Source: Candidatus Omnitrophota bacterium (GTDB taxonomy: Bacteria; Omnitrophota; Gorgyraeia; 2-02-FULL-51-18). Taken from it: a stretch of 64,000 nucleotides of DNA. The stretch covers positions 7,409 to 71,408 of the forward strand of contig CAMDWQ010000009.1 of assembly GCA_945877765.1 (NCBI GenBank), given 5' to 3'. This document shows positions 9,814-20,061 of the stretch, in pieces. Position 1 is the stretch's first letter, and every line of letters starts with the position of its first letter. Under the pieces are notes generated by a model. The model did no database searches. It saw only the letters and a program-made list of their open reading frames with translations, and was not told the DNA's origin. The translations under genes and the position numbers were made by a program.

Positions 9814-11388
9814 CTATTTCGCCAAATCTTCGACACGTGTTTCACGGATGATAATCACTTTGATCTGCCCTGGATACTGGACATTTTCTTCAATTTTCTT
9901 AGAAATTTCACGGGCCAGCGCCGGCATCGATTTTTCATCCACACGGTCGGGGCGCACCAGCACACGCACTTCACGCCCGCCCTGAATTACGAATGATTTC
10001 TCAACTCCTGGGTATTCGTCGACAATTTTTTCTAGTTTTTCCAAGCGTTGTAGATAACTTTCCACACTTTCGCGGCGGGCTCCGGGACGAGAGGCACTGA
10101 CGGCATCAGCCGCTTGGGTCAGCATCGGCCAAATGGATTGCATCTCAATATCTTCGTGATGTGCTTCAATCGCGTGCACCACATCCGGATGTTCGCCGTA
10201 GCGGCGGGCCAATTCCCCGCCAATCAACGCGTGAGGGCCGTCCACATCGTGACTGACCGCTTTTCCCAGGTCATGCAAAAGGCCTGCGCGGCGAGCCAAC
10301 AGCGGATCGATTTTCATTTCACCAGCGATGACATTCATAATGTGCGCCACCTCAATGGAATGATTTAACACATTTTGGCCGTAGCTAGTCCTAAAACGAA
10401 GACGGCCCAGAAGTTTCACAATTTCAGGATGGACACTCGTGGAAATGTTGGCTTCTAAAAGCGCCTTCTCACCTTCTTCTTTTAGCACATTTTCCATATT
10501 TTTTTTCATCTTCTGAACCACTTCTTCGATGCGCGCGGGCTGGATCCGGCCATCCTTAATGAGTTCCTCCAACGAAAGACGCGCAATCTCGCGGCGGATG
10601 CCGTCAAACGCCGAAAGCGTGACCGCTTGGGGCGTCTCATCAATAATTAAGTCCACACCGGTTAATGTCTCAAAAGTTTTGATATTACGCCCATCCTTAC
10701 CGATGATGCGTCCCTTCATCTCTTCGCTGGGAAGCCCAACCACTGTCACCGTGGATTCCATGGTGTGCGCGGCGGCACACCGCTGCATCGCTAGGCTTAG
10801 TATCTTTTTTGCGTTTTTGTCAGCCAGCTCATGGGCTTGGGCCTCTATACCCACAATCAATTGACTGGTATCAGCACGCAGGTCAATCTCCATCCGCTTT
10901 AAAAATTGTTTCTTGGCTTCTTCGCTATCAAGCGCTGAAAGTTTTTTAAGCACTTCGCGCTCTTCCTCATAAAGTTTCTCAAGGTTTTTTTCCCTGTCAT
11001 TAATAATTTTTTCTTTGCTGGCAGCTTCTTGGAAGCGAAACAGGGTTTCTTTTTCCCTCTTTTCAATCAAATCCTCTTTCTGCTCCATCGTACTTTCCTT
11101 GTACTTAATCATCTTTTCAGAATTTTCAAAATTGCGGCGCGTTTCTGAAACCTTACTCTCAAACTCCGCCTGGACTTTGCCTAAATATGTTTTGGCTTCT
11201 TTGTCGGCTTTCTTGAGCGCATCCTCAGACTCACGTTTAGCCAGCGTGAGGATTTCACGCGCTTTGGACTCCGCGGTACGGATCAACCTTTCTGCATAGC
11301 GTTTACGCATAAAGTACCCGACGCCGAAGAAAACTGCGGATAAAAGAACCCCGCCCAACAACAATGCAAATATTAGATTTCCGTCCAC
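9814..11388 (-). CDS. rny: Ribonuclease Y
   Basis: N-terminal TM, coiled coil, KH domain (KGRIIGKDGRNI), HD domain (LLHDLGK). Confidence 0.96.
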   Translation of the reverse strand: MDGNLIFALLLGGVLLSAVFFGVGYFMRKRYAERLIRTAESKAREILTLAKRESEDALKKADKEAKTYLGKVQAEFESKVSETRRNFENSEKMIKYKESTMEQKEDLIEKREKETLFRFQEAASKEKIINDREKNLEKLYEEEREVLKKLSALDSEEAKKQFLKRMEIDLRADTSQLIVGIEAQAHELADKNAKKILSLAMQRCAAAHTMESTVTVVGLPSEEMKGRIIGKDGRNIKTFETLTGVDLIIDETPQAVTLSAFDGIRREIARLSLEELIKDGRIQPARIEEVVQKMKKNMENVLKEEGEKALLEANISTSVHPEIVKLLGRLRFRTSYGQNVLNHSIEVAHIMNVIAGEMKIDPLLARRAGLLHDLGKAVSHDVDGPHALIGGELARRYGEHPDVVHAIEAHHEDIEMQSIWPMLTQAADAVSASRPGARRESVESYLQRLEKLEKIVDEYPGVEKSFVIQGGREVRVLVRPDRVDEKSMPALAREISKKIEENVQYPGQIKVIIIRETRVEDLAK

Positions 11389-11421
11389 TTCACATCTCCC
11401 AAGAAATTGTCATTGCTAATT

Positions 11422-11982
11422 TTAATCCGTAATAACCTCATCCAACACCACATCATGAACTTCTTGCGGCAAATCCTTAATCATGACCTGAAAAGAGTAA
11501 GCCAAGCCTATTTTTTTTATTGTAGGATCTAGTCGGTCTAAAAACCGGTCATAGAACCCAGCGCCATGGCCAATCCGGTGATTTTTTTTATCAAATACAA
11601 CACCGGGCACGATCACACAAGTCGCCTGCGTGGGCGCCACTTCCTTACCCCGCGACGAGTCCGGCTCAAGGATGCCGCAAGCCCCGGGTTTCAAGTGACT
11701 ATTTCTGTCACTGATTTCGTAAAAAAAAAGTTTTTTCGTCTTTAAATCCGAACAAGGCACCGCCACGCGCTTACCTTCCGCCAGCGCCCTATCAATCATC
11801 GTGTGTGTATCCACTTCTTCGGGCATCGAGACAAAAAAGAACACCCACTTCGCTTTTTGAAACTCCTGACAGCTCCATAGCTTAGTCTCAACGACCTTAC
11901 TGCGCCGCGCACGGTCCTGGACACTCTGCGCCAGCAATCGCAACTGAACCGCTTGTCTTAAATCTTTTTTTGCTTCCATCAA
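11422..11982 (-). CDS. 5-formyltetrahydrofolate cyclo-ligase
   Basis: EVDT, GILEP, IVPGVVFD...RIGHGAGFYDRFL. Confidence 0.93.
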   Translation of the reverse strand: MMEAKKDLRQAVQLRLLAQSVQDRARRSKVVETKLWSCQEFQKAKWVFFFVSMPEEVDTHTMIDRALAEGKRVAVPCSDLKTKKLFFYEISDRNSHLKPGACGILEPDSSRGKEVAPTQATCVIVPGVVFDKKNHRIGHGAGFYDRFLDRLDPTIKKIGLAYSFQVMIKDLPQEVHDVVLDEVITD

Positions 11983-11984
11983 TA

Positions 11985-12443
11985 TTATATATGAAACGTA
12001 GTCTGTAAAGACGTGGATTTTGTCTTTTTTAGGCGGCGCGCTTCGTCCAAAAGCTCTTTTAGAGTCACCCGCGAAAGGCCTTCCTGAAGAAGCGATTCAA
12101 ATTTCCGCCAAAAAATAAATCCCGCAATGGTCGTTTCCGTGCTGGTCGATACAGCGGGCGGTGACGCAACCGCTGAAAAAAACTTTTTTCCTTCGAGGGC
12201 ACAGAACAAATCCTCCAACGTGACCTCCGAAGGCTTGCGATCAAGCACATACCCCCCTTGAGGACCTCGCACGCTCTTGACCAGGCCGTTTTTCTTAAGC
12301 GCGTTTAAGATTTGTTCTAAATAAGGGGTCGAAATACTTTCCTGCCGGGCAATCTGCGAAACGGCAAGCGACCCCTCCCCAAAACGGCCGGCAAGTGCCA
12401 AAACCGCTTTTAGGCCGTAGAGGGTGCGGGTAGAAAATTTCAT
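11985..12443 (-). CDS. Rrf2-family regulator (CymR-like, lacks the 3-Cys Fe-S ligand set)
   Basis: YLEQILNALKKNGLVKSVRGPQGGY; only one Cys; ends TFHI. Confidence 0.88.
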   Translation of the reverse strand: MKFSTRTLYGLKAVLALAGRFGEGSLAVSQIARQESISTPYLEQILNALKKNGLVKSVRGPQGGYVLDRKPSEVTLEDLFCALEGKKFFSAVASPPAVSTSTETTIAGFIFWRKFESLLQEGLSRVTLKELLDEARRLKKTKSTSLQTTFHI

Positions 12444-12444
12444 T

Positions 12445-12672
12445 TCAAGTTTTTAGCGAGACTCGAACTTTAATAATTTGAAGCTCTGCTTTCATCTCTT
12501 CCAGGCGTGTTAATATCTCGTCTTGTTTTCTCTCAATCACGCTCAATCGCGGAGAGATCGTATCGCTTAACTCTGCAGTCGTTGTCGTATCCTCTTCGGC
12601 GTGAACAGGAAGTGCAGCCAGGATTCCCAAACAAAAAGCTAAAACACCAAACCCAAGGAAGTATCGTTTCAT
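12445..12672 (-). CDS. Small exported coiled-coil protein
   Basis: Signal peptide ending VHA; heptad C-terminus; AAGG-like RBS. Confidence 0.6.
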   Translation of the reverse strand: MKRYFLGFGVLAFCLGILAALPVHAEEDTTTTAELSDTISPRLSVIERKQDEILTRLEEMKAELQIIKVRVSLKT

Positions 12673-12899
12673 GGTTTATTTTCCTTTTTTTTAAATATAC
12701 ATCCGTGAATGAAAAATGAAACTGCCAGCGTCCAACAACAGGCTCCGCATCCTGCCACAACGGCGAAGTCTCCCGACGGATACGGAATATGCTTTAGCCG
12801 AAACCATTGATCCGTATAGAAAGAAACCTGCCTATAAGCCATCGACGGCAAGAAAAGGAAGAAGAAAAAGACATATAACGCCTGAAATATCTTGAGCAA
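12669..12899 (-). CDS. Small membrane protein (hypothetical)
   Basis: Two hydrophobic segments; TGA/ATG overlap with the next gene. Confidence 0.45.
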   Translation of the reverse strand: MLKIFQALYVFFFFLFLPSMAYRQVSFYTDQWFRLKHIPYPSGDFAVVAGCGACCWTLAVSFFIHGCIFKKKENKP

Positions 12900-12916
12900 A
12901 GAATACGCCTAAAAAA

Positions 12917-13465
12917 CTATCGCGCGCTGCCCCCCGTCACCGGGTCTACTTTGATTCCGCGGGATTCCAGAAATTTGATGCCTTTTTCTAGATTTTTTTC
13001 GGTACCCTCAAGCTCTAGCATCATCTCGCCAATAGTTTCCGTGACGCGAGCGCGCCGTATGTTGGGCATGATGTCATATTTTTTAGCCATTAAAAACACC
13101 GCGGGCTCCTGGATCTGAGTCTGCGGAAAAACCAGCATCACGCGCTGGGTTGTTTTTTTGGATCCTGTAGCCTTTTTACGGCTAAGGATAGCGCCGCCGG
13201 CAATGGCTGGGATGATAGAAATATCATCGCCCTCTTTAAGCAAAGTTTCCTGTCCCTGTAAAAAACGAATATCTTCCTCGTTGACATACACATTCACAAA
13301 GCGGCGCAGTTTTCCTTCGGCATCGCAGAGACGTTCCTTGATACCCGGGTGATTTTTCTCAAGCTCTGCCAACATGCCATTAATGTCCTTGGCTTCACAT
13401 TGCACATCGCCCTGGTTATTGGTTAATTTCTGTAAAGGGGTGGGGATTCTTACTTTGACGGCCAT
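12917..13465 (-). CDS. MoaD/CysO-type sulfur carrier fused to a NIL domain
   Basis: [11 protein letters not shown]...RFVNVYVN...IIPAIAGG then NIL-like RVMLVFP...NIRRARV...GEMMLELEG; AGGAGG RBS before ATG 13465. Confidence 0.85.
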   Translation of the reverse strand: MAVKVRIPTPLQKLTNNQGDVQCEAKDINGMLAELEKNHPGIKERLCDAEGKLRRFVNVYVNEEDIRFLQGQETLLKEGDDISIIPAIAGGAILSRKKATGSKKTTQRVMLVFPQTQIQEPAVFLMAKKYDIMPNIRRARVTETIGEMMLELEGTEKNLEKGIKFLESRGIKVDPVTGGSAR

Positions 13466-13473
13466 ATTGCCTC

Positions 13474-14739
13474 CTAGTGCCTTGTTTGCCAAACATCGGC
13501 TTTGATGTGATTGAGATGCCTAATATTTTCTTCAAATGAACTCAGCGACGGTTTGATACGGTGCGGTTTACCGATATGGTCGCTCACGGCTTCTTGAGTC
13601 TTTAACCCATTACCGGTAATACAAATCACGCAAGATTCGTTTTTGTTAATGACACCATTTTCGATCAGTTTTTTTGCCGAGGCAACAGTGACGCCGCCTG
13701 CGGTCTCGGTAAATATCCCTTCCGTTCGCGCTAGAAGTTTAATCCCCTCGATAATTTCATCATCCGTGACGCTTTCACCTGACCCGCCGCTTTCCTTGAT
13801 TGTATCAATCGCGTAGATCCCATCCGCTGGATTGCCAATCGCCAGAGACTTGGCGATGGTTTTGGGTTTGACCGGCCGGATGATATCACTATTTTCTTTC
13901 ATGGCCGTCACCACCGGAGAGCAGCCCAAAGCTTGCGCCGCGTACATTTTTGTATCCACGGAGCTAATCAAGCCAAGTTTTTTAAATTCATTAAACGCTT
14001 TCCAAATTTTAGTCAAAAGAGAGCCGGAGGCAACTGGCACCACCACATGTTTCGGGGTGCGCCAGCCAAGCTGTTCCATGATTTCATAGCCGTAGGTCTT
14101 GGAACCTTCAGCGTAGTAGGGACGGATATTGACGTTCACAAACGCCCAGTGATACTTGGCGGCAATCTCAGCACAAAGACGGTTCACCTCATCATAATTT
14201 CCCTCAACCGCCACCAGATTCGGCGCATAAGCCAAGGCACCAATCACTTTTCCCAATTCCAAATCGGCGGGAATAAAAACAAAGCGGTTAAGACCTGCCC
14301 AAGCGGCATTCGCACTAACCGAGCCGGCAAGATTTCCGGTCGACGCACAAGCAACTGTTGTAAACCCAAGTTCTTTCGCACGCGTCAACGCCACCGCCAC
14401 CACACGATCTTTAAATGAAAGTGTAGGATGACAAACCGAATCATCTTTAATATAAAGTTCTTTCATTCCTAATTCACGAGCTAGATTTTCCGAGCGGATG
14501 AGTGGAGTAAAGCCCGCGTGATAGCCGACGGTTGGCTCACCCTCAATGGGCAAAAGCTCCCGATAACGCCAAAGACTCTTAGGACCCTTTTGAATTTTTT
14601 CGCGTGAGATGACGGATTTAATTTTATCGTAATCATAATCCACTTCCAGAGACCCAAAACAAAACTCGCAGACATAAATAGCCTCTGCTTTATAAACTCG
14701 GTGGCACTCGCGGCACTTCAGACCTTTGATATAACTCAT
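13474..14739 (-). CDS. Threonine-synthase-like PLP enzyme (ThrC/cysteate-synthase type)
   Basis: N-terminal CxxC..CxxC, PTLSFKDR (PLP Lys), ASTGNLA, ITGNGLK. Confidence 0.88.
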   Translation of the reverse strand: MSYIKGLKCRECHRVYKAEAIYVCEFCFGSLEVDYDYDKIKSVISREKIQKGPKSLWRYRELLPIEGEPTVGYHAGFTPLIRSENLARELGMKELYIKDDSVCHPTLSFKDRVVAVALTRAKELGFTTVACASTGNLAGSVSANAAWAGLNRFVFIPADLELGKVIGALAYAPNLVAVEGNYDEVNRLCAEIAAKYHWAFVNVNIRPYYAEGSKTYGYEIMEQLGWRTPKHVVVPVASGSLLTKIWKAFNEFKKLGLISSVDTKMYAAQALGCSPVVTAMKENSDIIRPVKPKTIAKSLAIGNPADGIYAIDTIKESGGSGESVTDDEIIEGIKLLARTEGIFTETAGGVTVASAKKLIENGVINKNESCVICITGNGLKTQEAVSDHIGKPHRIKPSLSSFEENIRHLNHIKADVWQTRH

Positions 14740-14821
14740 TTATTTTCCTAAGGTTAAGTAATATTTATCTCGGCTACAGAAAATTCAGTCTATCACTTCC
14801 AAATAGAGCTTGTCTAGCAGT

Positions 14822-15889
14822 TCAAAAATTCAAAAAAAGATCCTTCAAGTCCGGCTTTTTCTTCAAAAAACCTACCTGATACGCGTTCTGGGCCTGAGCC
14901 AAAACAGACTCCCGCATCTGATCGGTGGTAAATACCACCCGCTTCCATGCCATATCCAAAATAGTGGGGTCCATTTTTCTGCGCATGAATTTTTCAAATT
15001 GATTATTGAATAATTCTTTTGACTCTTTAGGATGTCCATTAATCCAGTCCGTCAGCTCGCGATGTGCCCTCAAGAAATTTCGTACTTGCTCCGGGTGCTG
15101 ATCTAAAAATTTTTTCCTTACAATGACAACCGTTGTTGCATACCGGCCTTTGGGCCACAACGACGACTCTTCCATGAATATTTTTGTCCCGCCTTGCTTC
15201 AAATAAATAGAAACCCACGGTTCTACGCTCCACGAAGCATCAATTTCCTTTTTAGAAAAAAGACTCAGCTGATCCGCGTTCGCCACCGGCAGCACATCCA
15301 CGTCGCCCCCTTTTTCACGAATTTTTAAATTTTGTGAAAGAAGCCACGAGCGCAATGCCACATCCTGCGTGTTCCCAAATTGAGGAGACGTTATTTTTTT
15401 CCCATGAAAATCCTGCGCCAATTGAATCCCCGCATCCTCCCGCACGACCAACGCTGCGCCGCCGCTGGCCGCTCCAGCAAGAATGCGAACCACCTCGCCG
15501 TTGGATTTCACATAACCATTCACCGCGGGGCTGGGCCCAACATACGCAATATCCAAGTGATTGGCAAACATCGCCTCAATCACCGAGGGTCCCGCATTAA
15601 ACACCGTCCACTCCACCGCGCCCTTCCCTAATTTTTGATCCCAAAATCCATTCGCCTGCCCCACCATCGCCTGCGCATGCGTGATATTGGAAAAAAACCC
15701 CGCCCGAATCTTTTCCGTCTTCTCCGCCGCCACTATCCCTGCGCCTATAAAACTGAAAGCGCTCGGAATTAGCACAAAGAATATTATTAGCACGCGGCGG
15801 GTGGCGCGGAGGGTGGGCGCCCATTGACCCGCAGGCCAAAGGAAGGCCGAGGACGCAATGGGCTCCCGCAGCGACAGGCCCTGCCGCAT
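14822..15889 (-). CDS. NitT/SsuA-type ABC substrate-binding protein
   Basis: NITHAQA, FNAGPSVIEA, AYVGPSPA, PQFGNTQD, EPW. Start is ATG 15889 or GTG 15793. Confidence 0.88.
   Translation of the reverse strand: MRQGLSLREPIASSAFLWPAGQWAPTLRATRRVLIIFFVLIPSAFSFIGAGIVAAEKTEKIRAGFFSNITHAQAMVGQANGFWDQKLGKGAVEWTVFNAGPSVIEAMFANHLDIAYVGPSPAVNGYVKSNGEVVRILAGAASGGAALVVREDAGIQLAQDFHGKKITSPQFGNTQDVALRSWLLSQNLKIREKGGDVDVLPVANADQLSLFSKKEIDASWSVEPWVSIYLKQGGTKIFMEESSLWPKGRYATTVVIVRKKFLDQHPEQVRNFLRAHRELTDWINGHPKESKELFNNQFEKFMRRKMDPTILDMAWKRVVFTTDQMRESVLAQAQNAYQVGFLKKKPDLKDLFLNF
15794..15887. repeat. Long-hairpin element, family H copy C (divergent)
   Basis: Shares GGGTGGCGC(C)GGAGGG and CCCGCAG..GACAGGCCC with copies A and B; stems differ in sequence but still pair. 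Confidence 0.65.
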
Positions 15890-15906
15890 CACCTTCACTA
15901 TATTCT

Positions 15907-16698
15907 TCAACTCTTTTCCAGCCCCCAAAGTTTTCTAAACTTCCTCTCTAGACTCCCAAACACCAACATATCCATCACAATCCCAATCACAATAATCACG
16001 ATCATCACCGCCATCACCTGGCTCATATCATTCAACTCCCGCCCCACATTCAAAAGATGCCCCAACCCCAGCGTCGCAAACACAATTTCGGCTCCCATGA
16101 GCGCCCGCCATGCAAACGACCACCCCTGCTTGAGCCCTCCCACAATCGAAGGCAGCGCGGCAGGAAAAATCACATATAAAAACATATCAATGCCGCGAGC
16201 GCCCATATTCCGCCCGGCCCGCAAATACATTGGCTGAATATTTTTGACACCGCTATCGGTAGCAATCGTCACGGATAAAAGGGACCCCATGATGACAACA
16301 AAAATAATTGCTGCTTCGCTCAAACCAAACCACAAAATTGCCAGCGGCAGCCAGCAAATACTCGGCAGCGTCTGAATCCCCACAAAAAAACCGCCCAAGG
16401 TCTCGTCTAGCACCCTGATTTTCCCGATTACCAGGCCAATTGCCACGCCAATCACCACTGATATTCCATAACCTAAAAGTAATCTTTTCATCGTCACAAA
16501 AATAGCGGAAAAAAGAGTCTTGTCCTTATAAATCGAGATAAACGTCTCGCCCACCTGCGCCGGGGAGGGGAATAAATAAGACGGCCATAGCTTTAGATTG
16601 AATAAAAATAACCATAGAAAATAAAGCAGTGAATAAAAAATTACCTGCCTTATGATTTTTAGAAGCATACTGTCATGATAGAAAAAATTTCGGATCAT
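15907..16698 (-). CDS. NitT/SsuC-type ABC permease
   Basis: FPSP, QTLPSICWLP, EAA-like RAGRNMGA, AWRALMGAE; the start may be the later ATG. Confidence 0.9.
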   Translation of the reverse strand: MIRNFFYHDSMLLKIIRQVIFYSLLYFLWLFLFNLKLWPSYLFPSPAQVGETFISIYKDKTLFSAIFVTMKRLLLGYGISVVIGVAIGLVIGKIRVLDETLGGFFVGIQTLPSICWLPLAILWFGLSEAAIIFVVIMGSLLSVTIATDSGVKNIQPMYLRAGRNMGARGIDMFLYVIFPAALPSIVGGLKQGWSFAWRALMGAEIVFATLGLGHLLNVGRELNDMSQVMAVMIVIIVIGIVMDMLVFGSLERKFRKLWGLEKS

Positions 16699-16701
16699 AG
16701 G

Positions 16702-17847
16702 TTATATATTGAAATACGGCTCCAGACTTAAGTATCTTTCCCACGAGTCAGGAAACAGGACGACCACCTTTTTCCCCGCGCCCAGCATTTTGGCAATCTT
16801 CACTGCCCCAACACAAGCGGCTCCGCAAGAAATTCCCGCAAAAACCCCTTCTTCGCGCGAAAGCCTTTTGGCCATCTGGTAGGCTTCTTGATCCCCGACA
16901 GGAATAATTTCATCAATTAGGCTGCGATCCAAAACATCAGGGATAAACCCTGCGCCGATTCCCTGGATCATGTGCGGTCCGGGTTTTCCGCCGGATAATA
17001 CACTGGATGTTTTCGGCTCTACGGCGATAATGCGGGTCTTTGGATTGTGCTCTTTAAGCACCTTTCCCACACCCGTAATAGTCCCTCCGGTTCCGACGCC
17101 CGCAACAAACGCGTCCACTTGTCCGTCCATGTCGCGCAAAATTTCTTTAGCGGTTGTTTTTCGGTGCATCGCCGGATTATCCGGATTCTTAAACTGCTGA
17201 GGCATAAACGCGTCTTTTATCGTGGACACGATTTCCCGAGCACGTTCAACAGCGCCGGCCATTCCTTCTTTGGCTGACGTGAGCATCACTTCCGCACCAA
17301 AGCTTTCAAGAATTTGAATTCTCTCCTGGCTCATCCCGTCCGGCATCACTAAAATTACTTTATAACCTTTAACAGCACCCACAATCGCTAAGCCAATACC
17401 AGTGTTGCCGCTGGTAGGCTCAATGATCGTGGAACCCGGTTTTAAAAGACCTTTTTTCTCAGCCTGTTCCACCATGTTGAGCGCAATTCTGTCTTTGACA
17501 CTGGCGCCGGGATTAAACATTTCAAGCTTGGCATAAACACTGGCAGAATCTTTTTCGATGATTTTCGAAAGACGCACCATCGGTGTCTCTCCGATAAGAT
17601 CAAGAACGCTTTGGGCAATCGCGCCGCCGCCCATATAAAAAACAAATTCGACACGGTCCCCTGCCTGGATCTTTGTCGAATCGTATTCTAGTTTTTGCGG
17701 GATATTTTCATTGATCTCAACCGTGACAAGCTCCGGACGGACTTTCCATTTGAGCAAAATATCCGACACCGACAACCCTTTTTGAATTTGTTGTATTTTT
17801 CCGTTTAATTGGATTTGGATCATTTCTTTGGCTTCAGTGTTAGACAA
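16702..17847 (-). CDS. cysK: ThiS-like sulfur carrier fused to cysteine synthase (CysK/CysM family)
   Basis: ThiS fold IQLNG...VEINE...GDRVEFVFYMGGG followed by IGETPMVRL, NPGASVKDR, PTSGNTG, GVGTGGT, IQGIGAGF. Confidence 0.9.
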   Translation of the reverse strand: MSNTEAKEMIQIQLNGKIQQIQKGLSVSDILLKWKVRPELVTVEINENIPQKLEYDSTKIQAGDRVEFVFYMGGGAIAQSVLDLIGETPMVRLSKIIEKDSASVYAKLEMFNPGASVKDRIALNMVEQAEKKGLLKPGSTIIEPTSGNTGIGLAIVGAVKGYKVILVMPDGMSQERIQILESFGAEVMLTSAKEGMAGAVERAREIVSTIKDAFMPQQFKNPDNPAMHRKTTAKEILRDMDGQVDAFVAGVGTGGTITGVGKVLKEHNPKTRIIAVEPKTSSVLSGGKPGPHMIQGIGAGFIPDVLDRSLIDEIIPVGDQEAYQMAKRLSREEGVFAGISCGAACVGAVKIAKMLGAGKKVVVLFPDSWERYLSLEPYFNI

Positions 17848-17863
17848 TTTACTCCCTCCCCAT

Positions 17864-17940
17864 TGTCATTCCCGAGTGCTTTAATCGGGAATCAAACTTG
17901 GATTAGACATGATCCCCGAAAAAAAAATTCGGGGATGACA
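17864..17940. repeat. REP-like paired palindromes, family R
   Basis: GTCATTCCCGA..TCGGGAATC plus inverted GATCCCCGA..TCGGGGATGACA. Confidence 0.85.
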
Positions 17941-17950
17941 TTTTAAGCTT

Positions 17951-18355
17951 TTAAACGATTTCTATTTCTTCCTCTATTATTTTTTCGTCTTTAATCTTAA
18001 ATGAACGTAAAATTGGTTTGTTTATATCCGACAGTGACACGATCAGATAACTCACATCAGGATAAAATGCCAGACGCACATCTTTCTGAGAAGGAGCCGC
18101 CTCACTTGCCACATGCGAATGAAAAATGCCCGTCATCTCTATTCCCATCTCTCTCATTTTCTTAAGAACTAAAAGCTGCTCTTTGGGGTCCATAAAATAG
18201 CTGATGCTTGATTCATCTAGATTTCTCATTGGGAAAAATTTAGAAGTAATTCTTTTTTTTAAATCCCCTCCAAGAATGCCGCAAGCCTCATTGGGGAACC
18301 CTGCTTTGGCATGCGCGATCATCGCCCCATAAATGGATTTAGAGAGGTGGATCAT
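17951..18355 (-). CDS. JAMM/MPN+ (Mec+-like, M67) metalloprotease
   Basis: PNEACGIL, IFHSHV...PSQKD (E...HxH...SxxD). Confidence 0.92.
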   Translation of the reverse strand: MIHLSKSIYGAMIAHAKAGFPNEACGILGGDLKKRITSKFFPMRNLDESSISYFMDPKEQLLVLKKMREMGIEMTGIFHSHVASEAAPSQKDVRLAFYPDVSYLIVSLSDINKPILRSFKIKDEKIIEEEIEIV

Positions 18356-19195
18356 TTAAATATTACTCCCTAAGTTTCTCTCTGCCGGTACTTGATCGAT
18401 GTTTTTATCCAAACCGTAATCAAGATCCAACTGCTCTTTAGCCACTTTATCAATCTCGTCTTTCAAGGAACCCATAATCTTTGTCTGCAGCATCAAAAGC
18501 TGCGGGTCCTGCTCAACGCGTGGGCGCGGAATCCGTACGGGATATTCTTTTTTAATTGTCCCGGGCCTTGCTGAGATTTCAAACACTCGGTCCGACAAAA
18601 ACGTCGCCTCGCGCACATTATGTGTCACAAAAAATATAGTCTTCTTCGTTTTTTGCCAAATCGTCTGCAACTCTTCCTGTAACAGTTGGCGGGTTTGCGC
18701 ATCCAGAGCCGCAAAAGGCTCATCCATCAAAAGAATTTTAGGATCCATCACTAGTGCCCTAGCAATCGCCGCCCGCTGGCGCATCCCGCCGGACAGCTCA
18801 TGCGGATAGGCATTTAAAAAACGAGTCAAATGGACCATCTTAAGCGCCTCAAATGCGCGCTGGTTTCTCTCCGCCAGAGAAACTTTCTGAAGTTTTAAAC
18901 CAAATTCCACATTTTCCTGCACCGTCAGCCAAGGAAAAAGCGCCGCCTCCTGAAACACCACCAGCCTGTCCTTGGAAGGACCGTCTACAATTTTAGAATC
19001 CACATACACTTCACCCGAATCCGGAAACTCAAGTCCTGCAATGAGCGATATCAGCGACGACTTCCCGCAGCCTGAGGGCCCAATCACACAAATAAACTCA
19101 CCCTCTTCAATTGAAAAATTAATATCCCGAAGCGCCTGCACCCGCTGGCCCTTCTGCTGAAAACTTTTATGGACTCGCTTTAAAGTGACTCGCAT
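18356..19195 (-). CDS. NitT/SsuB-type ABC ATPase
   Basis: GPSGCGKS, LSGGMRQR, LLMDEPF, VTH. Confidence 0.93.
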   Translation of the reverse strand: MRVTLKRVHKSFQQKGQRVQALRDINFSIEEGEFICVIGPSGCGKSSLISLIAGLEFPDSGEVYVDSKIVDGPSKDRLVVFQEAALFPWLTVQENVEFGLKLQKVSLAERNQRAFEALKMVHLTRFLNAYPHELSGGMRQRAAIARALVMDPKILLMDEPFAALDAQTRQLLQEELQTIWQKTKKTIFFVTHNVREATFLSDRVFEISARPGTIKKEYPVRIPRPRVEQDPQLLMLQTKIMGSLKDEIDKVAKEQLDLDYGLDKNIDQVPAERNLGSNI

Positions 19196-19220
19196 ATACT
19201 ATCCATCCTTACTCTCTGCC

Positions 19221-19345
19221 TTTTCCCCTCCTTTCGAAGGAGGGGTGGTGCCGAAGGCGACGGGGTGGTTGACACGTTCAACAGCACGCGTAAAACCCTA
19301 CAACCCCACCGCCTCCGGCACCTCCCCTTCGTAAGGGGAGGAAAA
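19221..19345. repeat. Palindromic element with CCCCTCC/GGAGGGG-type terminal hairpins
   Basis: CCCCTCCTTTCGAAGGAGGGG at one end and CCTCCCCTTCGTAAGGGGAGG at the other; internal GGGGTGGTTG/CAACCCC pairing. Confidence 0.65.
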
Positions 19346-19353
19346 TGTTTAGA

Positions 19354-20055
19354 TTATCGGTGTAACCCACATTCTTTGTTTTCCGGATTTTCCCACCACC
19401 AACGTCCCGCTCTCACATCCTCGCCTGGTTTGATCCCACGAGTACACGGTGCACAGCCAATGGACGGATACCCCAAATCATGCAGTCGGTTATAAGGCAC
19501 CTTATTAACTTTAATGTAATCCCACACTTGTTTTTCCGACCAGTCCGCCAGCGGATTAATTTTTAAAATTCCTCCGTGCGCCTCATCCACCTCAATTTTT
19601 TGTATCGCTGTACGGGTCACTGCTTGTTCACGGCGTAAACCCGTGATCCAAGCCTTCAATCCGGTAAGTGCCCGATTCAAAGGCTCGACTTTTCGAATCC
19701 CGCAGCACTCTTTGCGATTCTCCACCGACTCCCGAAAAGAAAAAAATCCTTTTTGCCTTTCGAGCTCCTCAATCTTCACACGGTCAGGAAAATAAGACTC
19801 AATCGTAATTCCGTATTTTGAACGAATTCGCTCCATCACCTCATACGTCTCTTCATTCAAGCGCCCAGTATCCAATGTAAATACCCGCGCCATAGGCTTA
19901 ATCTTGGACAGGAGGTCAATGACCACTACATCTTCCGCCCCAAACGAAGAAGCAAAAGCTACCTTATCCCCAAACTCTTTCAGCGCCCACCCCAGCACCA
20001 TCTCAGCCGGCTTTTTCTCAAACTCCCCATTCAATGCTGAAAAATCATATTGCAT
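19354..20055 (-). CDS. cysH: APS reductase ([4Fe-4S] type CysH)
   Basis: LDTG, ECCGIRK, TGLRREQ, SIGCAPCT, RAGRW, ECGLH. ATG 20055 with a GGAG RBS is preferred; the ORF-track extension is repeat-derived. Confidence 0.92.
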   Translation of the reverse strand: MQYDFSALNGEFEKKPAEMVLGWALKEFGDKVAFASSFGAEDVVVIDLLSKIKPMARVFTLDTGRLNEETYEVMERIRSKYGITIESYFPDRVKIEELERQKGFFSFRESVENRKECCGIRKVEPLNRALTGLKAWITGLRREQAVTRTAIQKIEVDEAHGGILKINPLADWSEKQVWDYIKVNKVPYNRLHDLGYPSIGCAPCTRGIKPGEDVRAGRWWWENPENKECGLHR

Positions 20056-20061
20056 AGCGTC

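Noticed and set aside
11983-12000. 6S RNA expected upstream of 5-formyl-THF cyclo-ligase
   Set aside because: There is no intergenic space; the Rrf2 gene ends 2 nt before the start.
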